Source: an uncultured Acidobacteriota bacterium (GTDB taxonomy: Bacteria; Acidobacteriota; Vicinamibacteria; Fen-336). Taken from it: 64,000 nt of DNA. The position numbers and the translations under genes are program-made. The number at the start of each line of letters is the position of its first letter. Position 1 is the first letter of the stretch. The notes below the pieces were generated by a model. The model did no database searches. It saw nothing but the letters and a program-made list of their open reading frames with translations, and was not told where the DNA came from. Of this stretch, positions 26,243 to 41,156 are shown one piece after another. The stretch is from NCBI GenBank assembly GCA_963720545.1, contig OY970399.1:2368001-2432000 (forward strand), read 5' to 3'.

Positions 26243-27226
26243 TCAGTCGACGGGGTAGATGCCGTCTGCGTAGGCGACAGCGTGGTAGCCCTTCGCGCCG
26301 ATCTGATCGGCCAGCGGGCCCAGCACGTTCTCGCCGCGGCGCAGGCGCGCCACCGCTTCGGTGAAATCGGCGCGGGGCTGCCAGCCGAGGTCGCGCCGCG
26401 CCCGCGCGTTGTCGTAAACGCGATCGATCGACGCGAACATCCGGAAGCCGCGCCTTTGGTACTCGTTCTCCCATCCGGGAGCACGTCGCGACACCACCGC
26501 CGCGGCACCGATGCGCAGCTGGGCCGCGTCCTCGCGCAGAAACGGCGTCGTGGCGCTCACGATGTAGCGGCCGAAGCCGATCTGCGGCGCCTTTGCGATC
26601 GCGAGCAGGTGCGCGTCCACGATGTCGGCGACGTCGACGCGCCGGTGCAGGAGCTCGTTGGCCTTGAGGTTCTGGTCCGCGTAGTCCGAGCGCCGCGCGG
26701 CGCTGTCGTCCGGTTCGGGAAAGAATCGCGACGTCCGCAGCACCAGGCAGGGCAGCCGCTCGCGGCGCTGGAACAGCTGGCACAGGTCTTCCGCCGCGGT
26801 CTTGGTGACGCCGTAGATGTTCTTCGGCACCGGCACCACGTCTTCGTCAATCCACGCCGCGGGCGCCCCGGCCGGTGGCGTGAGCGCATCGCCGAAGGCG
26901 CTGGTGGTGCTCGTGAAGATGAATGACGAGACGCCCTCCGCAACCGCCGCCTCCAGCAGGTTGAGGGTGCCGGTGATGTTGGTGTCGACGAATTCCTGGC
27001 GGGTGTGGGTGGCGACGTGCGGCTTGTGGAGCGTCGCCGCGTGCAGCACGGCAAAGGCGCCGCGCACCGCTTCCTTCGCGAACGCCGGGTCGGCGATGGA
27101 GCCGATGCGGTCGGTGAACGGCGAGGCGAGCCGGTCGATGCCCTGCGCCTCGCGGCCCTGGGCGCGCAGCGTGCGCATCAGGGCCTCGCCCAGGTGCCCG
27201 GCGCTGCCGGTGACGAGAATCCTCAT
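26243..27226 (-). CDS. NAD-dependent epimerase/dehydratase
   Basis: TGSAGHLG, TSTTS, YGVTK (YxxxK). Confidence 0.9.
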   Translation of the reverse strand: MRILVTGSAGHLGEALMRTLRAQGREAQGIDRLASPFTDRIGSIADPAFAKEAVRGAFAVLHAATLHKPHVATHTRQEFVDTNITGTLNLLEAAVAEGVSSFIFTSTTSAFGDALTPPAGAPAAWIDEDVVPVPKNIYGVTKTAAEDLCQLFQRRERLPCLVLRTSRFFPEPDDSAARRSDYADQNLKANELLHRRVDVADIVDAHLLAIAKAPQIGFGRYIVSATTPFLREDAAQLRIGAAAVVSRRAPGWENEYQRRGFRMFASIDRVYDNARARRDLGWQPRADFTEAVARLRRGENVLGPLADQIGAKGYHAVAYADGIYPVD

Positions 27227-27325
27227 GGTCTGGGCCTGATTCTAGACGGCGCACCGGAACAGGCACCCGGCGGCTGGTGTAGCCTGCGCCGCAATCGCGC
27301 GCATCCTTTTCTGCAGAGGTCTGCC

Positions 27326-29113
<1,788 letters not shown>

Positions 29114-29151
29114 TAGCGGCGCCGGCCGCGGCGGCCCCTAGCGGACCGGCT

Positions 29152-30819
<1,668 letters not shown>

Positions 30820-30864
30820 TTAGAAGGTCACCCCGTGGCCAAACATGCTATTTTCCCCCATAAG

Positions 30865-32640
30865 TCACAGATTCGCCAAACGTTGCCCCAATTCGACCTT
30901 CTCCCGGAGGAGGCGATCGAGCGCTTCCCCCGAGGCCGATGCGAGGCTTTTCTGGATTTCCGCCATGCGCGCCTTGAGCGGGCCGAGGCGCAATTCGCGC
31001 ACGCAGCCGGCAGGCGTCGCGTCGCCGAGCGGCGGCGGATCGACCGCGAGTTCGCGCACGAAACGCTGCATGCCTTCCGAAGGTAAGACCGCCAGCACGG
31101 CTTCGAAGTTGACGGCGCCGCCGTCCGCCAGCGAGTCGCGGACGGCGCGCAGGATTTCACCGGTCGCGAGCCGGCCCAGTTCTTCGCTCGTCAGCCCGCG
31201 CAGCGCCTCGAGCGCGCCCTCGGTGTCTGGCTGCAGCACCAGCGCCACGAGCCACCGCTCCGCGCGCGACACTCGCGTGGCAGGGGGGCGCGTGGCGGCC
31301 GGAGTCGGATCGGTCGCCGGCGCTGCCGGTCCGGCACTGGTGGCGGCGGCCGAAGCCACGCGCCGCAGTTCGGCTTCGGTGGCCGCGGCATCCACGGCGC
31401 CGCGGCTCGCCACCTGCGCCACCCACGCCGCGCGCTCCACGCGGTCGGGCACCTTCTGGAGCGCCGGCAGGATGCCGCGCACGAACGCTGCCTTGCCCGG
31501 CGGCGTCTGCGTGTCGTTCTCCTCCAGCCCGCGGCGGATGAGCCACTCGATCGCCTCGGGCGCTGCGTCGAGGCGCTTGCGATAGGCCTCGGCGCCCTCG
31601 GCCTTCAGGTAGCTGTCGGGATCGTGGCCTTCGGGAAGCTCCACGACCGCCACGCGCACCTGCTCCTCGAGCAGGATCTCGATGCTCTTGCGCGCCGCCT
31701 TCTGGCCGGCCGCATCCTGGTCGAAGTTCAGCACCACGCGCCCGGCGAAGCGCTTGAGGAAGCGCGCGTGCTGCGTGGTGAGCGCGGTGCCGCAGGTGGC
31801 GAGCGCCTCGCCGATGCCGCATTCGATGGCGCGCGCCACGTCGAGGTAGCCCTCCATCAGCACCACCTGGTCGCGGCGCCGGATCTCGTCGCGCGCCCAC
31901 GACAGGCCGTAGAGCGTGCGGCTCTTCTGGTAGACGAGCGTCTCGGGCGAGTTCAGGTACTTCGGTTCGCTCGAGTCGAGCGCACGCGCGCCGAACGCCA
32001 CCACCCGGTTCGACTCGTTGAGGATGGGGAAGACGGCGCGGTTGCGGAAGCGGTCGTAGAAAGAGCCGCCGCCTTCCTTCTCCACCACCAGGCCCGCCGC
32101 CTGCAGCACCGTCATCGGGAACGCCTTGCCGAGGCTCTGGATGAGGTGGTCCCACGACTCGAGCGCGGCGCCCGCGCCGATGCGCTCGAGCGTCTCCTTG
32201 CGGAAGCCGCGCTTTTCCAGGTACTCGCGCGCGCGGGTGCCGCCGGGCGACCACAGGGTCTTCGTGAACAGCTCCGCGGCGGCGGCCATTGCGGCGAACA
32301 CCTGTTCGCGCTCGCGGCGTTCGCGCGCCTCGTTGTCGGGATCGACCGCGGTGCGCGCCGGCACCGCCACGCCGAAGCGCCGCGCCAGCGCCTCGACCGC
32401 CTCCGGAAAGGTGAGCTTCTCGTGCAGCATCGCGAACTTGAAGATGTCGCCGCCTTCGCCGCAGCCGAAGCAATGGAAGAAGTCGCCGCGCACGTTGAAG
32501 GACGGCGTCTTCTCCTGGTGGAAGGGGCACAGGCCCTTCCACGAGCCGCCCATCTTCTTGAGGCGCACGAAGTCGGAGATGTAGGCCGCGATGTCGGCGG
32601 TGCGCTTCACTTCCTCCTTGAACGAATCGGGCCAGGCCAT
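30865..32640 (-). CDS. dnaG: DNA primase
   Basis: CPFHQEKTPSF...CFGC zinc finger, KYLNSPET, EGYLD, FDQDAAG TOPRIM motif. Confidence 0.97.
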   Translation of the reverse strand: MAWPDSFKEEVKRTADIAAYISDFVRLKKMGGSWKGLCPFHQEKTPSFNVRGDFFHCFGCGEGGDIFKFAMLHEKLTFPEAVEALARRFGVAVPARTAVDPDNEARERREREQVFAAMAAAAELFTKTLWSPGGTRAREYLEKRGFRKETLERIGAGAALESWDHLIQSLGKAFPMTVLQAAGLVVEKEGGGSFYDRFRNRAVFPILNESNRVVAFGARALDSSEPKYLNSPETLVYQKSRTLYGLSWARDEIRRRDQVVLMEGYLDVARAIECGIGEALATCGTALTTQHARFLKRFAGRVVLNFDQDAAGQKAARKSIEILLEEQVRVAVVELPEGHDPDSYLKAEGAEAYRKRLDAAPEAIEWLIRRGLEENDTQTPPGKAAFVRGILPALQKVPDRVERAAWVAQVASRGAVDAAATEAELRRVASAAATSAGPAAPATDPTPAATRPPATRVSRAERWLVALVLQPDTEGALEALRGLTSEELGRLATGEILRAVRDSLADGGAVNFEAVLAVLPSEGMQRFVRELAVDPPPLGDATPAGCVRELRLGPLKARMAEIQKSLASASGEALDRLLREKVELGQRLANL

Positions 32641-35115
32641 CTACTTCAGCTCCACGATGGTGGCGCCGCCGCCGCCTTCGTGCGCGCGCCCTTCACGGAA
32701 CGAGGCGACGTGCGGGTGGCCTTCGAGGAGCGAAGCCACCGCCGCGCGCAGGCGGCCGGCGCCGAAGCCGTGGATGACGCGCAGCTCGTCACGGTCGCCC
32801 ATCGCCGCCTGGTCGAGCAGCTTGTCGAGCCTGGGCAGCGCTTCGTCGACGGTGAGCCCGATGAGGTTGATCTCCGGCGCCGCTTCTTCAGCGCTCTGGC
32901 GCACCCGCGACGGCACAGGGACAGTCCGGGGCTTCTCGGGCGCCGCCGGGAGGCGCGTGACATCGGCTTGCCGCACCTTGAGGCGCTTGCCGGAGACCGC
33001 GACTTCGACGAAGGCGCCGCTCACGTCCAGCACCTGGCCGCTGACGCCCAGTTCCTTGAGCTTCACCCTGTCGCCGACGCGCGGCTCCCCGGCGAGCTCC
33101 TGCTCGCGCTCCGGCACCGCGACCGGCAGGTCGGCGACGGCTTCCTGCTGCGCCTGGCGGATCGCCTCGACGGCGGCGCTGCGCGCGCGCGCCGCTTCGG
33201 CGTGCGTCGACTTGCGCGACGACTCTAACTGCTGCACCGCTGCGCGGATGGCATCGGCCGCCTTGCGCGCCGCTTCGTCGGAACGGCGGCGCAGCTCCTG
33301 CGCGAACGCCTCGGCGGCGCCGCTGCGCGCGGCTGCCACCTCCTTTTCGGCGAGGCGCTGGCGCGCGAGCGACATCTCGGCATCGGCGCGCAGCGCCTGC
33401 GCCTGTTCGCGCTCGGCCGCGGCGCTGGCGCGCTCGGCGGTGAGCTTCTTCAGCAGGTCGTCCACTTCGAGCTGGTTCTTGTCGACGCGAGCGCGCGCGT
33501 CGGCCACCAGCGCGTGCGGCAGGCCGAGCCGCTCCGCCATCTCGAGCGCCAGGCTGCGACCGGCTTCGCCCGGCTGCAGGACGTAGGTTGGCGCGTAGGT
33601 TTGCGGGTCGTAGCCGAAGGACGCGCAGGCAACGCCTTCTGTCTGCTGCGCCCAGGTCTTCATCAGGCCGTGATGCGTGGTGGCGGCGACGGTGGCGCCG
33701 CGCTCCTTGAACGCGGCGACGATGGCGACGCCGAGGGCGCCGCCTTCGGTGGGATCGGTGCCGGCGCCGACCTCGTCGAGCAGCACCAGCGACGGCAGCG
33801 CCAGGCCGTCGAGCATGGCGACGATGGTGGCGAGGTGCGCGGAGAAGGTGGACAGGTTGGCGGCGATCGACTGCTCGTCGCCGATGTCGGCGAACACCGA
33901 GGCGTAGACCGGCAGCGTGCTGCCGGCAGCCGCGGGAATGAACAGACCGCTCTGCGCCATCAGCACCGACAGCCCGAGCGTCTTGAGCGCCACCGTCTTG
34001 CCGCCGGTGTTGGGACCGCTGATGACGAGCACCGGGAACTCGCCGCCGAGGCCGATGGTCACCGGCACCGGGCCGTTCGTGCGCGTCGCGGATGCGCCTG
34101 CGTCTGAAGGCGCCGCGCCCTCGGCCAGCCGCCGGCGCAGGTTGGGCATGAGCATCGGGTGGCGCGCGTCCACCAGGAGCAGCTCATGTCCGCGACCCAC
34201 GACCTGCGGCTCGCTCGCCGCCATCTCCCGGGCGAGGAGCGCCTTGGCCTGCAGCGCGTCGAGTTCGGCGAGGATCAGGAACGCTTCCGCCATCTCGCGC
34301 GCGCGGGCGCGCACGCCGTCTGTCAGCTGGGCGAGGATGCGGATCACTTCGGCCCGTTCTTCCTCGGTGCGCGCCACGATGTCGTTGTTGAGCTCCACCG
34401 CGGCCATCGGCTCGACGAACAGGCTTGCCCCCGAGCCCGACGAGCCGTGGACGATGCCCGGCAGCGTCTGGCGATGCTCGGCCTTGATGAGCAGCACGAA
34501 GCGGTCGTTGCGGGTGGTGACCACCTTGTCCTGCAGCACGCGCGCTGCGTCGCGGTCCTTGAGGAACGAGTCCATCACCGAGCCGAGCGATTCGCGCATC
34601 CGCAGGAGCGAGCGGCGGATGTCGGCGAGCCGCGGCGAGGCGTTGTCGGCCACCTCGCCCGAGGGCAGTATGGCGCGCCTGATGGCGGCCGCGAGCGCCG
34701 TGCCGTCGAGGATGCGTGAGGCGCTCCGCGCGAGGTTCGGCGCTTCTTCCACCCGCGCCACAGAAACCGAGATTTCCCGCGCGCCGTCGAGGAAGGACGC
34801 GACCTGCGACAGCTCGGCCGGTTCCAGGTGGGCCCCCGCCACCCGGGCGACGCCCACCGCCTCCTCCACTTCCGGCAGGTCGTTATAGGGCTGACGGCCA
34901 GCCACGCGGAGGAGTGCAACCGCCTCCCGGCACTGCAAAAGGCTGGCACGGACTTCGCTCTCATCTGTCGACGGGGAAAGCGATGCCATGGCCTGCCGGC
35001 CGCGCACGGAACCAGCGAATCCCGCCAGAAGAGCCCGGATGGCGGGGAACTCGAGGGTGCGGTAGAACCGTTCGTAGAGGCGGTTTTTCGACGCGAAATC
35101 GCCCGTGCCGGACAC
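32641..35115 (-). CDS. mutS2: Endonuclease MutS2
   Basis: TLEF N-terminus, SGPNTGGKT, DIGDEQSI, LSTFS, LDEVGAGTDP, Smr domain IHGFGAGRLR; GTG start inferred from a GAGG RBS. Confidence 0.93.
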   Translation of the reverse strand: MSGTGDFASKNRLYERFYRTLEFPAIRALLAGFAGSVRGRQAMASLSPSTDESEVRASLLQCREAVALLRVAGRQPYNDLPEVEEAVGVARVAGAHLEPAELSQVASFLDGAREISVSVARVEEAPNLARSASRILDGTALAAAIRRAILPSGEVADNASPRLADIRRSLLRMRESLGSVMDSFLKDRDAARVLQDKVVTTRNDRFVLLIKAEHRQTLPGIVHGSSGSGASLFVEPMAAVELNNDIVARTEEERAEVIRILAQLTDGVRARAREMAEAFLILAELDALQAKALLAREMAASEPQVVGRGHELLLVDARHPMLMPNLRRRLAEGAAPSDAGASATRTNGPVPVTIGLGGEFPVLVISGPNTGGKTVALKTLGLSVLMAQSGLFIPAAAGSTLPVYASVFADIGDEQSIAANLSTFSAHLATIVAMLDGLALPSLVLLDEVGAGTDPTEGGALGVAIVAAFKERGATVAATTHHGLMKTWAQQTEGVACASFGYDPQTYAPTYVLQPGEAGRSLALEMAERLGLPHALVADARARVDKNQLEVDDLLKKLTAERASAAAEREQAQALRADAEMSLARQRLAEKEVAAARSGAAEAFAQELRRRSDEAARKAADAIRAAVQQLESSRKSTHAEAARARSAAVEAIRQAQQEAVADLPVAVPEREQELAGEPRVGDRVKLKELGVSGQVLDVSGAFVEVAVSGKRLKVRQADVTRLPAAPEKPRTVPVPSRVRQSAEEAAPEINLIGLTVDEALPRLDKLLDQAAMGDRDELRVIHGFGAGRLRAAVASLLEGHPHVASFREGRAHEGGGGATIVELK

Positions 35116-35244
35116 GCCTGGTGCCTCGGTCGGTACGTACGAAGGTGTTGTATTCAGGTTAAGAGGTGCTTGAACAGGGGCTTGAAGCTCGGCTCGAGGG
35201 CCAAGGTATGCACTAAAGATCGGAAGGGAACGCTCTTTTGTCAA
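35105..35244 (-). promoter_or_regulatory. Putative sigma70 promoter (TTGACA at 35244-35239) and structured 5' leader of mutS2-dnaG-rpoD
   Basis: Perfect -35 hexamer; long imperfect hairpin 35105-35213 covering the RBS and start codon. Confidence 0.45.
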
Positions 35245-35341
35245 GAACGCCCGTCGTGTAACATTCTCTTTTTTTCAAACAACATAGCCGTGGTTTTGCA
35301 CGCCGCGGCGCTTTCATAAGCAGGGGTAGCCAAAAAAGGCC

Positions 35342-36832
<1,491 letters not shown>

Positions 36833-36842
36833 GGCCAGCCGC

Positions 36843-37733
36843 CTGACCGCCGCCGCGAGCGCCGCGGGCGTACGCCGCGTCCTGCTCGTCACCCTCGTGC
36901 TGAACGCGGGGGTGAGCCTCTCGAAGATCGTCGTCGGCCACCTGTCGGGAAGCCTGTCGATGGTGGCCGACGGCTACCATTCGCTGGTTGACGGCCTCAA
37001 CAACGTCCTCGGCCTGATCGTCATCGGCGTGGCGCTGCGGCCGCCGGACGCCGACCATCACTACGGCCACCGCAAGTTCGAGACGGCAGCCACGCTCGCG
37101 ATCGGCGTGGCGCTCGCCCTGCTCGCCTATCGCCTCGTCGCCGGTTCGTTCGGGCACTTCGGCGGCGGCCAGCAGGTGGCGGCGATCGGCACGCTCAACT
37201 TCGTGGTGATGATCGTGACCCTGACGATCAACATCTTCGTCGCGCGCTATGAGGCGCGCGAAGGCCGGCGCCTCGGCAGCGAGTACCTGGTGGCCGATGC
37301 CGCGCACACCAGTTCCGACGTCTACGTCACCTGCGGCGTGCTGGCCTCGTTCCTCGGCACGCGCGCCGGGCTTGCATGGTTCGACCCGGCGATGGCGGTG
37401 GTCATCGGCGGCTTCATCGCATTCCAGGCGGCGAAGCTGCTACGCGCCTCGTTCGACATCCTCACCGACAAGGCGCCATTCGATCCGGTCGCGATCGAGC
37501 GGGTGGTGAGCGGCGTGCCGGGAGTGCGCGCGGTGCGCGACGTGCGCTCGCGCGGCGGCGGCGACTCGGTGTACGTGGACCTGGTCGCCGACGTGGACGG
37601 CGCGATGACCCTGTACGCCGCGCACGAGATCTGCGACGTCATCGAGGCGGCCGTGAAGGAGAAGTTTCCGGGCGTCATCGACGTCATCGTCCACCTCGAG
37701 CCCGCGCGCGTGCCGGCGCGCGGCGGCGGCTAG
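36843..37733 (+). CDS. Cation diffusion facilitator transporter
   Basis: ADGYHS..D, HHYGHRKFE, ADAAHTSSD, C-terminal dimerisation domain with VHLEP; start probably CTG at 36843 (first GTG at 36897). Confidence 0.9.
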   Translation: MTAAASAAGVRRVLLVTLVLNAGVSLSKIVVGHLSGSLSMVADGYHSLVDGLNNVLGLIVIGVALRPPDADHHYGHRKFETAATLAIGVALALLAYRLVAGSFGHFGGGQQVAAIGTLNFVVMIVTLTINIFVARYEAREGRRLGSEYLVADAAHTSSDVYVTCGVLASFLGTRAGLAWFDPAMAVVIGGFIAFQAAKLLRASFDILTDKAPFDPVAIERVVSGVPGVRAVRDVRSRGGGDSVYVDLVADVDGAMTLYAAHEICDVIEAAVKEKFPGVIDVIVHLEPARVPARGGG

Positions 37734-38059
37734 CGGCGTTCGCCGCCGCAGGCTTCGCAAGGGCAGAGGGCGCGCAGCATGCGGAAGCTGTAGATGCCGG
37801 TGCTGTGCCCGTCGCCCCAGGTGAGCCCGAGCGCGTAGTTGCCGACGGGCTCGGCGTGCGCCAGGGTTTCGTCATGGCGGTCGAGGTAGCGCGCCGCCGC
37901 GGCGTGTCCCTGGCACATCGCGCACGGGCACCAGCTGCGCAGGTAGTCCCAGCCGAACGCGGACACGTGGCCGTCGTCCCAGGTGAGCATGAGGCGTCGC
38001 GAAGCCTGCTCGTTGCGAGCCTCTACGGGTTCGGGCGGCGGGACGTATGGAGTCGTCAG
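37730..38059 (-). CDS. DUF971 (GBBH-like) zinc-binding protein
   Basis: WDDGH, LRSWCPCAMC, VGNYAL, WGDGHSTGIY; start probably CTG at 38059 (first ATG at 37990). Confidence 0.85.
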   Translation of the reverse strand: MTTPYVPPPEPVEARNEQASRRLMLTWDDGHVSAFGWDYLRSWCPCAMCQGHAAAARYLDRHDETLAHAEPVGNYALGLTWGDGHSTGIYSFRMLRALCPCEACGGERR

Positions 38060-38094
38060 ATCAGAAGGGCGAAGAGCTGCTGATGAACTGGATG

Positions 38095-39066
38095 TTACGT
38101 TACTCTCCAGGTGCCAGCGTCCTTCGTCAGGCTGATGCTGATTGGTTCCTTGGTGCCTGACTGCGTCGTCACAAAACCCGAGAGGGTCGCAGTTTGATCG
38201 GTCAGGTTGCTCTTCCGGAACCAGAAACTCGACTCCTTGAAGTCCGCCAACCCCGGATGCTCCTGGACGAGGGCTTGGAACGATTCGAGTGTCATCCGAT
38301 CGCGATACGACTGGTCCAGTTCGGCATAGACGCGGTCGACTTCGCCATGTCCGAGTTGAGATAACGCGCTGTTCGCGGCTGCTGTCGGCTGTTGCGCCTC
38401 ACGCCAGACGTAGATGCCGAAGAGGAAGGCGACGAGTACTAGCAACGACAAGCATCCGCAACAACCGGAGACTATCCAGAAGAGCGGTCCCTTGCCCTTC
38501 CTGGCCGGCGCCGACACGGCAACGGAGCTGGCCGCGGGCCGGGGGATGGCCGCGCGCGGCGGTGGCGGTGGTGCGGCAGGGCGCGGCGGCGGAGGCGGTG
38601 CGGGTGCCGGAGGTGGTGGAATCGTGGCGCGCGATGCCGGCGGGGGCGGCGGTGGCGGTGCCGCCTGCACCGGAGGCGGCGCCGGCGGTGCCGGTGGTGG
38701 CGGCGGCGGTGTCGAGTCGCGCATCACCGTGCGTTCCGAGGATGCCGGTGCGGCCACCGTCTGTGTCAGGTCGGGAACCGCCGGCTCGTCGACCTCCACG
38801 CGGTAGACCATGCCGCCGAGGCGCAGCTCCTGGCCGTTCTTCAGAAAGCTGCCGGTGATTCTCTGGCTGTCGAGAAAGGTGCCGTTGGCGCTGCCCTGGT
38901 CGGTGATCTTGAAGGCGCCTTCGATGCGCTCGATCTTCGCGTGCCGCCGGGACACCGAACCATCGTTCAGAACCACGTCGCAAGTGAGTTCGCGCCCGAT
39001 CAGGGCTGAATCCTTGTCGATCTCTATGGGCTTTCCGAGCGGCGGTACGAGCCGGAGTTTCACCAT
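38095..39066 (-). CDS. FHA-domain membrane protein with Pro-rich linker
   Basis: IGR, SVSRRHA, DQGSANGTF FHA motifs; poly-Pro linker; GCCGC then TM helix; extracytoplasmic domain. Confidence 0.88.
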   Translation of the reverse strand: MVKLRLVPPLGKPIEIDKDSALIGRELTCDVVLNDGSVSRRHAKIERIEGAFKITDQGSANGTFLDSQRITGSFLKNGQELRLGGMVYRVEVDEPAVPDLTQTVAAPASSERTVMRDSTPPPPPPAPPAPPPVQAAPPPPPPPASRATIPPPPAPAPPPPPRPAAPPPPPRAAIPRPAASSVAVSAPARKGKGPLFWIVSGCCGCLSLLVLVAFLFGIYVWREAQQPTAAANSALSQLGHGEVDRVYAELDQSYRDRMTLESFQALVQEHPGLADFKESSFWFRKSNLTDQTATLSGFVTTQSGTKEPISISLTKDAGTWRVT

Positions 39067-39148
39067 TAAATGCACTCCCTCAATTCCACGGTGGAAGTTG
39101 GTCGGATGTTAGCACCAAGGCAGAAAAGGGGCTGTAGCATCCATATTC

Positions 39149-39796
39149 GTGCCTGAAGCAGCCATTTCCGTCCGTGGATTGTGCAGGCGCTTCGGAGCGC
39201 GATGGGCGCTCGCGGAAATCTCCTTTGCAGTGCCGCACGGCGCGCGCGCTCTCGTCCTCGGGCCGAACGGCTCCGGAAAGTCGACGCTGCTGCGGGTGCT
39301 TGCGACGGCGCTGCGCGCCGACCGCGGCACGGCGCTCGTGGCCGGACACGACCTGGCGCGGGCCCGGGAGGAAATCCGGCGCGTCTCGGCGCTCGTCGCC
39401 CACGCGAGCTTCCTCTACGAGAGCCTCTCGGCGCTGCAGAACCTCGAGGTGGCGGCGCGCTTCCTCTCGCGCCCGGCGGCGCGCACCGACCTGCTGGCGG
39501 TGCTCGAGCGGGTGGGACTCGCCGAGCGCGCCGACGACGCCCCCGCCACCTTCTCCGCCGGCATGAAAAGGCGGCTGAGCCTCGCCCGGCTGCTCCTGCA
39601 GCGCCCGGCGATCGCCTTTCTCGACGAGCCCTACGCCCAGCTCGACAGCGACGGCGCCGCGTTCGTCGACTCGTTGCTCGACGACTTCCGGCGCGACGGC
39701 GTCACCGTGCTGATGGCGACCCACCAGGGCGACCATGCCCGCGGCGCCGCCGACCTCACGCTGACGCTCGCCGCGGGCCGGCTCGCCTCACGATGA
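39149..39796 (+). CDS. ccmA: Heme ABC exporter ATP-binding protein CcmA
   Basis: GPNGSGKST, FSAGM, LDEP; first gene of the ccm operon. Confidence 0.92.
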   Translation: MPEAAISVRGLCRRFGARWALAEISFAVPHGARALVLGPNGSGKSTLLRVLATALRADRGTALVAGHDLARAREEIRRVSALVAHASFLYESLSALQNLEVAARFLSRPAARTDLLAVLERVGLAERADDAPATFSAGMKRRLSLARLLLQRPAIAFLDEPYAQLDSDGAAFVDSLLDDFRRDGVTVLMATHQGDHARGAADLTLTLAAGRLASR

Positions 39797-40458
39797 GCGC
39801 GCTGTTCGTGGCGCTGCGCAAGGATCGCGCTCTCATGTGGGCGAACCGCACGGCGCTCGCCGCGGTCTTCATGTTTGGCGTGACGACGCTCCTGCTCCTG
39901 AGCTTCGCCATCGGGCCGCGCGCCGACCTGCTGCGTCCCTACGCCGCGAGCTTCCTGTGGCTCGCGCTCCTCCTGTGCTCGACGCTGGCCCTCGCCGACA
40001 GCTTCAGCGACGAGATGCGCGAGCAGGCGCTCACCGGCCTGCTGCTCCTGCCGGTGTCGCCACGCATCCTCTACTACGCGAAGGCGCTCGCGAACACCGC
40101 GCAGCTGACGCTCCTCGGCGTGGCGCTCGCCCCGGTGGTGGTGGTCCTCTACGACGCGCCCATCCGCAACCTGCCGGCGCTCCTTGCCGTGATCGTGCTG
40201 GGCGCTGCCGGTCTGTCGGCGCCGGGTACCCTCTACGGCGCGATGACCGCGCAGCTGCGCTCGCGGCAGACGCTGCTGCCGCTGTTGCTGTTCCCGCTGG
40301 TGGTGCCGGTGCTGCTCGCCGCGGTGCGCGCCAGCGGCCTGCTGCTCGAGGGCGATCCGATGGGCCAGGTGCCGTCGTGGATCATGCTCCTGGCCTGCTT
40401 CGACGCGATACACTGGTCCCTTGCCGGCCTGCTGTTCGGCCGCGTGGTGGAAGATTGA
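39793..40458 (+). CDS. ccmB: Heme exporter protein CcmB
   Basis: Hydrophobic; LLPLLLFPLVVPVL; operon position. Confidence 0.9.
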   Translation: MSALFVALRKDRALMWANRTALAAVFMFGVTTLLLLSFAIGPRADLLRPYAASFLWLALLLCSTLALADSFSDEMREQALTGLLLLPVSPRILYYAKALANTAQLTLLGVALAPVVVVLYDAPIRNLPALLAVIVLGAAGLSAPGTLYGAMTAQLRSRQTLLPLLLFPLVVPVLLAAVRASGLLLEGDPMGQVPSWIMLLACFDAIHWSLAGLLFGRVVED

Positions 40459-41156
40459 CAGACCCCCGGAAAGACAACGCCGCGCCCTATCTCTTCGCCG
40501 CGGCGGGAGCGGCGTTTCTCGCCTGGGGCACCACCTGGGGGCTCGCCGTGGCGCCGCGCGAAACCTACATGGGCGACGTGCAGCGCATCATGTACGTGCA
40601 CGTGCCGACCGCGTGGAACGCGATGCTGGCGCTCACCTTCGCCTTCGTCTGCGCGGTCTTGTCCCTGTGGCGCGGCGGCCTGTTGTGGGACGCGCGCCTC
40701 GAGGCGGCGATGGAAGTGGGCACGGTGCTCGCGGCGCTCCTCTGCTGCCAGGGCGCCTTGTGGGCAAAACCGACCTGGGGCGTCTACTGGGACTGGGATC
40801 CGCGGCTCACCACCACCGCGATCCTCGTCTGTGCCTTTGCCGGCATCCTGGCGCTGCGCAGCTTCATCGACGACACCGTGAAGCGCGCCACCTGGTCGGC
40901 GGTCGCTGCCATCATCGCTTCCGCCGATGTCCCGGTCGTCTATTTCTCGGTGCGCTGGTGGAACTCGCTGCACCAGGTGCAGTCGAGCCCGGCGACCGTG
41001 TCGCGCGCCTTCCACTGGCCGCTGCGCCTCAACGCCATCGGCATCCTGCTGCTGATGATCGGCATGATCATGCTGCGCCGGCGCATCGCCTCGTGCCGCC
41101 TCGAATCCGAGATGGCGCCGCCGCTCGCAAGCGGCGCCGCCGTGGCGGGCGCCTGA
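40455..41156 (+). CDS. ccmC: Heme chaperone-loading protein CcmC
   Basis: YVHVP, WAKPTWGVYWDWDPRL (WWD domain), WWNSLHQ; TTG start overlapping the ccmB stop. Confidence 0.92.
   Translation: MTDPRKDNAAPYLFAAAGAAFLAWGTTWGLAVAPRETYMGDVQRIMYVHVPTAWNAMLALTFAFVCAVLSLWRGGLLWDARLEAAMEVGTVLAALLCCQGALWAKPTWGVYWDWDPRLTTTAILVCAFAGILALRSFIDDTVKRATWSAVAAIIASADVPVVYFSVRWWNSLHQVQSSPATVSRAFHWPLRLNAIGILLLMIGMIMLRRRIASCRLESEMAPPLASGAAVAGA

Noticed and set aside
35105..35244. 6S RNA or SRP RNA call
   Set aside because: The hairpin is only about 110 nt (short for 6S) and lacks the SRP domain IV motif; kept as an unnamed structured element
38540..38712. GGC/GGT-rich low-complexity repeat
   Set aside because: Simply encodes the poly-Pro linker of the FHA protein
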